Shown one piece after another: positions 33,902-35,248 of a stretch of DNA of 35,248 nucleotides. The stretch is from positions 1 through 35,248 of the forward strand of contig DRNB01000008.1 of assembly GCA_011375045.1 (NCBI GenBank), given 5' to 3'. Numbering within the stretch: position 1 is the first letter of the stretch; each line of letters opens with the position of its first letter. This stretch comes from Aquifex aeolicus. Its GTDB lineage: Bacteria; Aquificota; Aquificia; Aquificales; Aquificaceae. The notes below the pieces were generated by a model. The model did not search any database, was not told the origin of the DNA, and worked only from the letters and a program-made list of their open reading frames with translations. Both the position numbers and the translations under genes were made by a program.

Positions 33902-34960
33902 GTGATCGAAGATTTTGGCTTCTCCATTTGCTCCACCCAGACAGGTTGCAGGTCTGTTCTCGAGATAAAACGGAGTGCCGTCGAAAGGAACGTCAGGGAG
34001 CTTTACCGGTTTACAGGTAAGAAGATCATCGCCGTTGTGAAGTCCGATGCCTACGGCATGGGTGTCAGGTTTGTGGTTCCCCTTCTGAAGGAGCTGCCCG
34101 AGATAGACTCCTTTGCAGTTGCCTCCGCGGAGGAGGGAGTGCTCCTCAGGGAAATGGGGGTAAGGGGAGAGATTCTCGTTCTCGGAGGCATACTGCCCGA
34201 GGAACTTCAGGCTATCAAGGACTACAGGTTAACGCCCGTTGTATCGGACCCTGAACATCTGAAGGTTCTGGGAAGGGAGAACGTGAACTTCCATGTGAAG
34301 TACGATACAGGTATGGGACGGCTCGGGTTCGTCGGTGAAACGGTCGAGGATCCACGGGTTACCGGAGTCATGAGCCATCTGTCAACCCCTGCGGACAGGG
34401 AGTTTTCCCTGAAGCAGATCGAAGAGTTCCGGCGTATAGCCACCCTCTACGGGAGGGGCGTAAAGGTTCACCTCGAAAGCTCGGCGGGTCTGGTTTACAG
34501 GGTTCCCTACGCCACCCACGTGAGGGTTGGTCTTGCCCTCTACGGGGAGAAGCCCCTCAGGGATTATCCGGTTCCCCTCAGCCCCGCTGTCAGCGTGAAG
34601 GCACGGGTGATATCGGTGAAGGAGATCCCCCCCGGACACCCCGTATCCTACGGACGAACCTACACCGCACCCCGCAGGATGAGGATAGGTGTTGTAGCCT
34701 TTGGATACGCGGACGGACTCATGAAGAGCCTCTCCAACAGAGGCTTTCTCCTTTACGGGGAGGCAAGGCTGCCCATCATCGGCAACATAACGATGGATAT
34801 GACCGTGGTGGATCTGGGAGACGTGTCCGTAAAGGTGGGGGACTGGGTGGTGATTGTGGACGAGGGGCGAACCTTCGGGGATCTGGCGCGCTTGGCGGGA
34901 ACGATACCCTACGAGATAATGTGCAACATCTCCGGCAGGGTAAAGCGGGAGATCATTTGA
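33902..34960 (+). CDS. alr: Alanine racemase
   Basis: AVVKSDAYG.G (PLP lysine), K.DTGMGRLG, VSYG, GYADG, MDM, TIPYEI.C. Confidence 0.96.
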   Translation: MIEDFGFSICSTQTGCRSVLEIKRSAVERNVRELYRFTGKKIIAVVKSDAYGMGVRFVVPLLKELPEIDSFAVASAEEGVLLREMGVRGEILVLGGILPEELQAIKDYRLTPVVSDPEHLKVLGRENVNFHVKYDTGMGRLGFVGETVEDPRVTGVMSHLSTPADREFSLKQIEEFRRIATLYGRGVKVHLESSAGLVYRVPYATHVRVGLALYGEKPLRDYPVPLSPAVSVKARVISVKEIPPGHPVSYGRTYTAPRRMRIGVVAFGYADGLMKSLSNRGFLLYGEARLPIIGNITMDMTVVDLGDVSVKVGDWVVIVDEGRTFGDLARLAGTIPYEIMCNISGRVKREII

Positions 34961-35248
34961 GCTCTAATATCCACTCTGAAATCTTCCGTGCCTCTTCCTT
35001 TGTTACGGGCTGGGGTGTCATGGGTATGCTGCCCCACTTGCCCATACTTCCCTTGGTTATGCTCTCGATAAGCTCGTCGAGGGCGCCCTCCTTTTCCCGG
35101 TACCTGTTGGCTATATCGATGAAGGGGGGACCTACCCTCCGCTTCTCTATATCGTGACAGGCGAGACACCCCTTCTGATCTGATATCCGGAAGGCTTCGG
35201 AAGCCTTGTATTTCTCGTAGGCTCCTCCCGAAACCTTTTCCGAAGAGG
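34953..35248 (-). CDS. C-terminal part of a class I cytochrome c552/c551 (begins outside the window)
   Basis: Translated by hand: ...QKGCLACHDIEKRRVGPPFIDIA.RY...GSMGKWGSIPMTPQPVT.EEA..I..WILELK*; CxxCH plus axial Met. Confidence 0.92.
   Translation of the reverse strand, partial: SSEKVSGGAYEKYKASEAFRISDQKGCLACHDIEKRRVGPPFIDIANRYREKEGALDELIESITKGSMGKWGSIPMTPQPVTKEEARKISEWILELK

Overview
Most of this window (1 to about 30815) is the right-hand part of an integrative conjugative element (ICE) with an F-type type IV secretion system. It is inserted at the 3' end of a tRNA-Val(GAC) gene (30816-30891, minus strand) in what looks like an Aquificaceae chromosome, judged from the flanking pgl-zwf-gnd, alr and Hydrogenobacter-type cytochrome c552 genes. 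Left arm (1-3563): small leftward genes typical of a leading region (SWIM-like/probable AAA protein, Zn-finger protein, HEPN gene with a degenerate partner, DUF932-like gene), separated by structured spacers. Rightward transfer region: traF-traH-3 unknown genes-traA-L-E-K-B-V'-OMP-V''-C-trbI-trhF-W-U-N1-lectin-N2-slt-dsbC, then accessory genes, trbC, EAL and GGDEF, converging on a TraD-like coupling ATPase. The most unusual points are: (i) the coupling protein has no membrane anchor and is fused to a MOBH-relaxase-like HD domain; (ii) TraN is split into three genes, one carrying a canonical C-type lectin domain; (iii) TraV is split around a beta-barrel gene; (iv) there is a secreted mini-TraB paralogue; (v) a covarying stem-loop element precedes two left-arm genes; (vi) a TGACATA(TT) box is shared by the ICE promoters. 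No integrase, traG or second att site is in the window. All calls come from reading motifs by eye; no database search was run.
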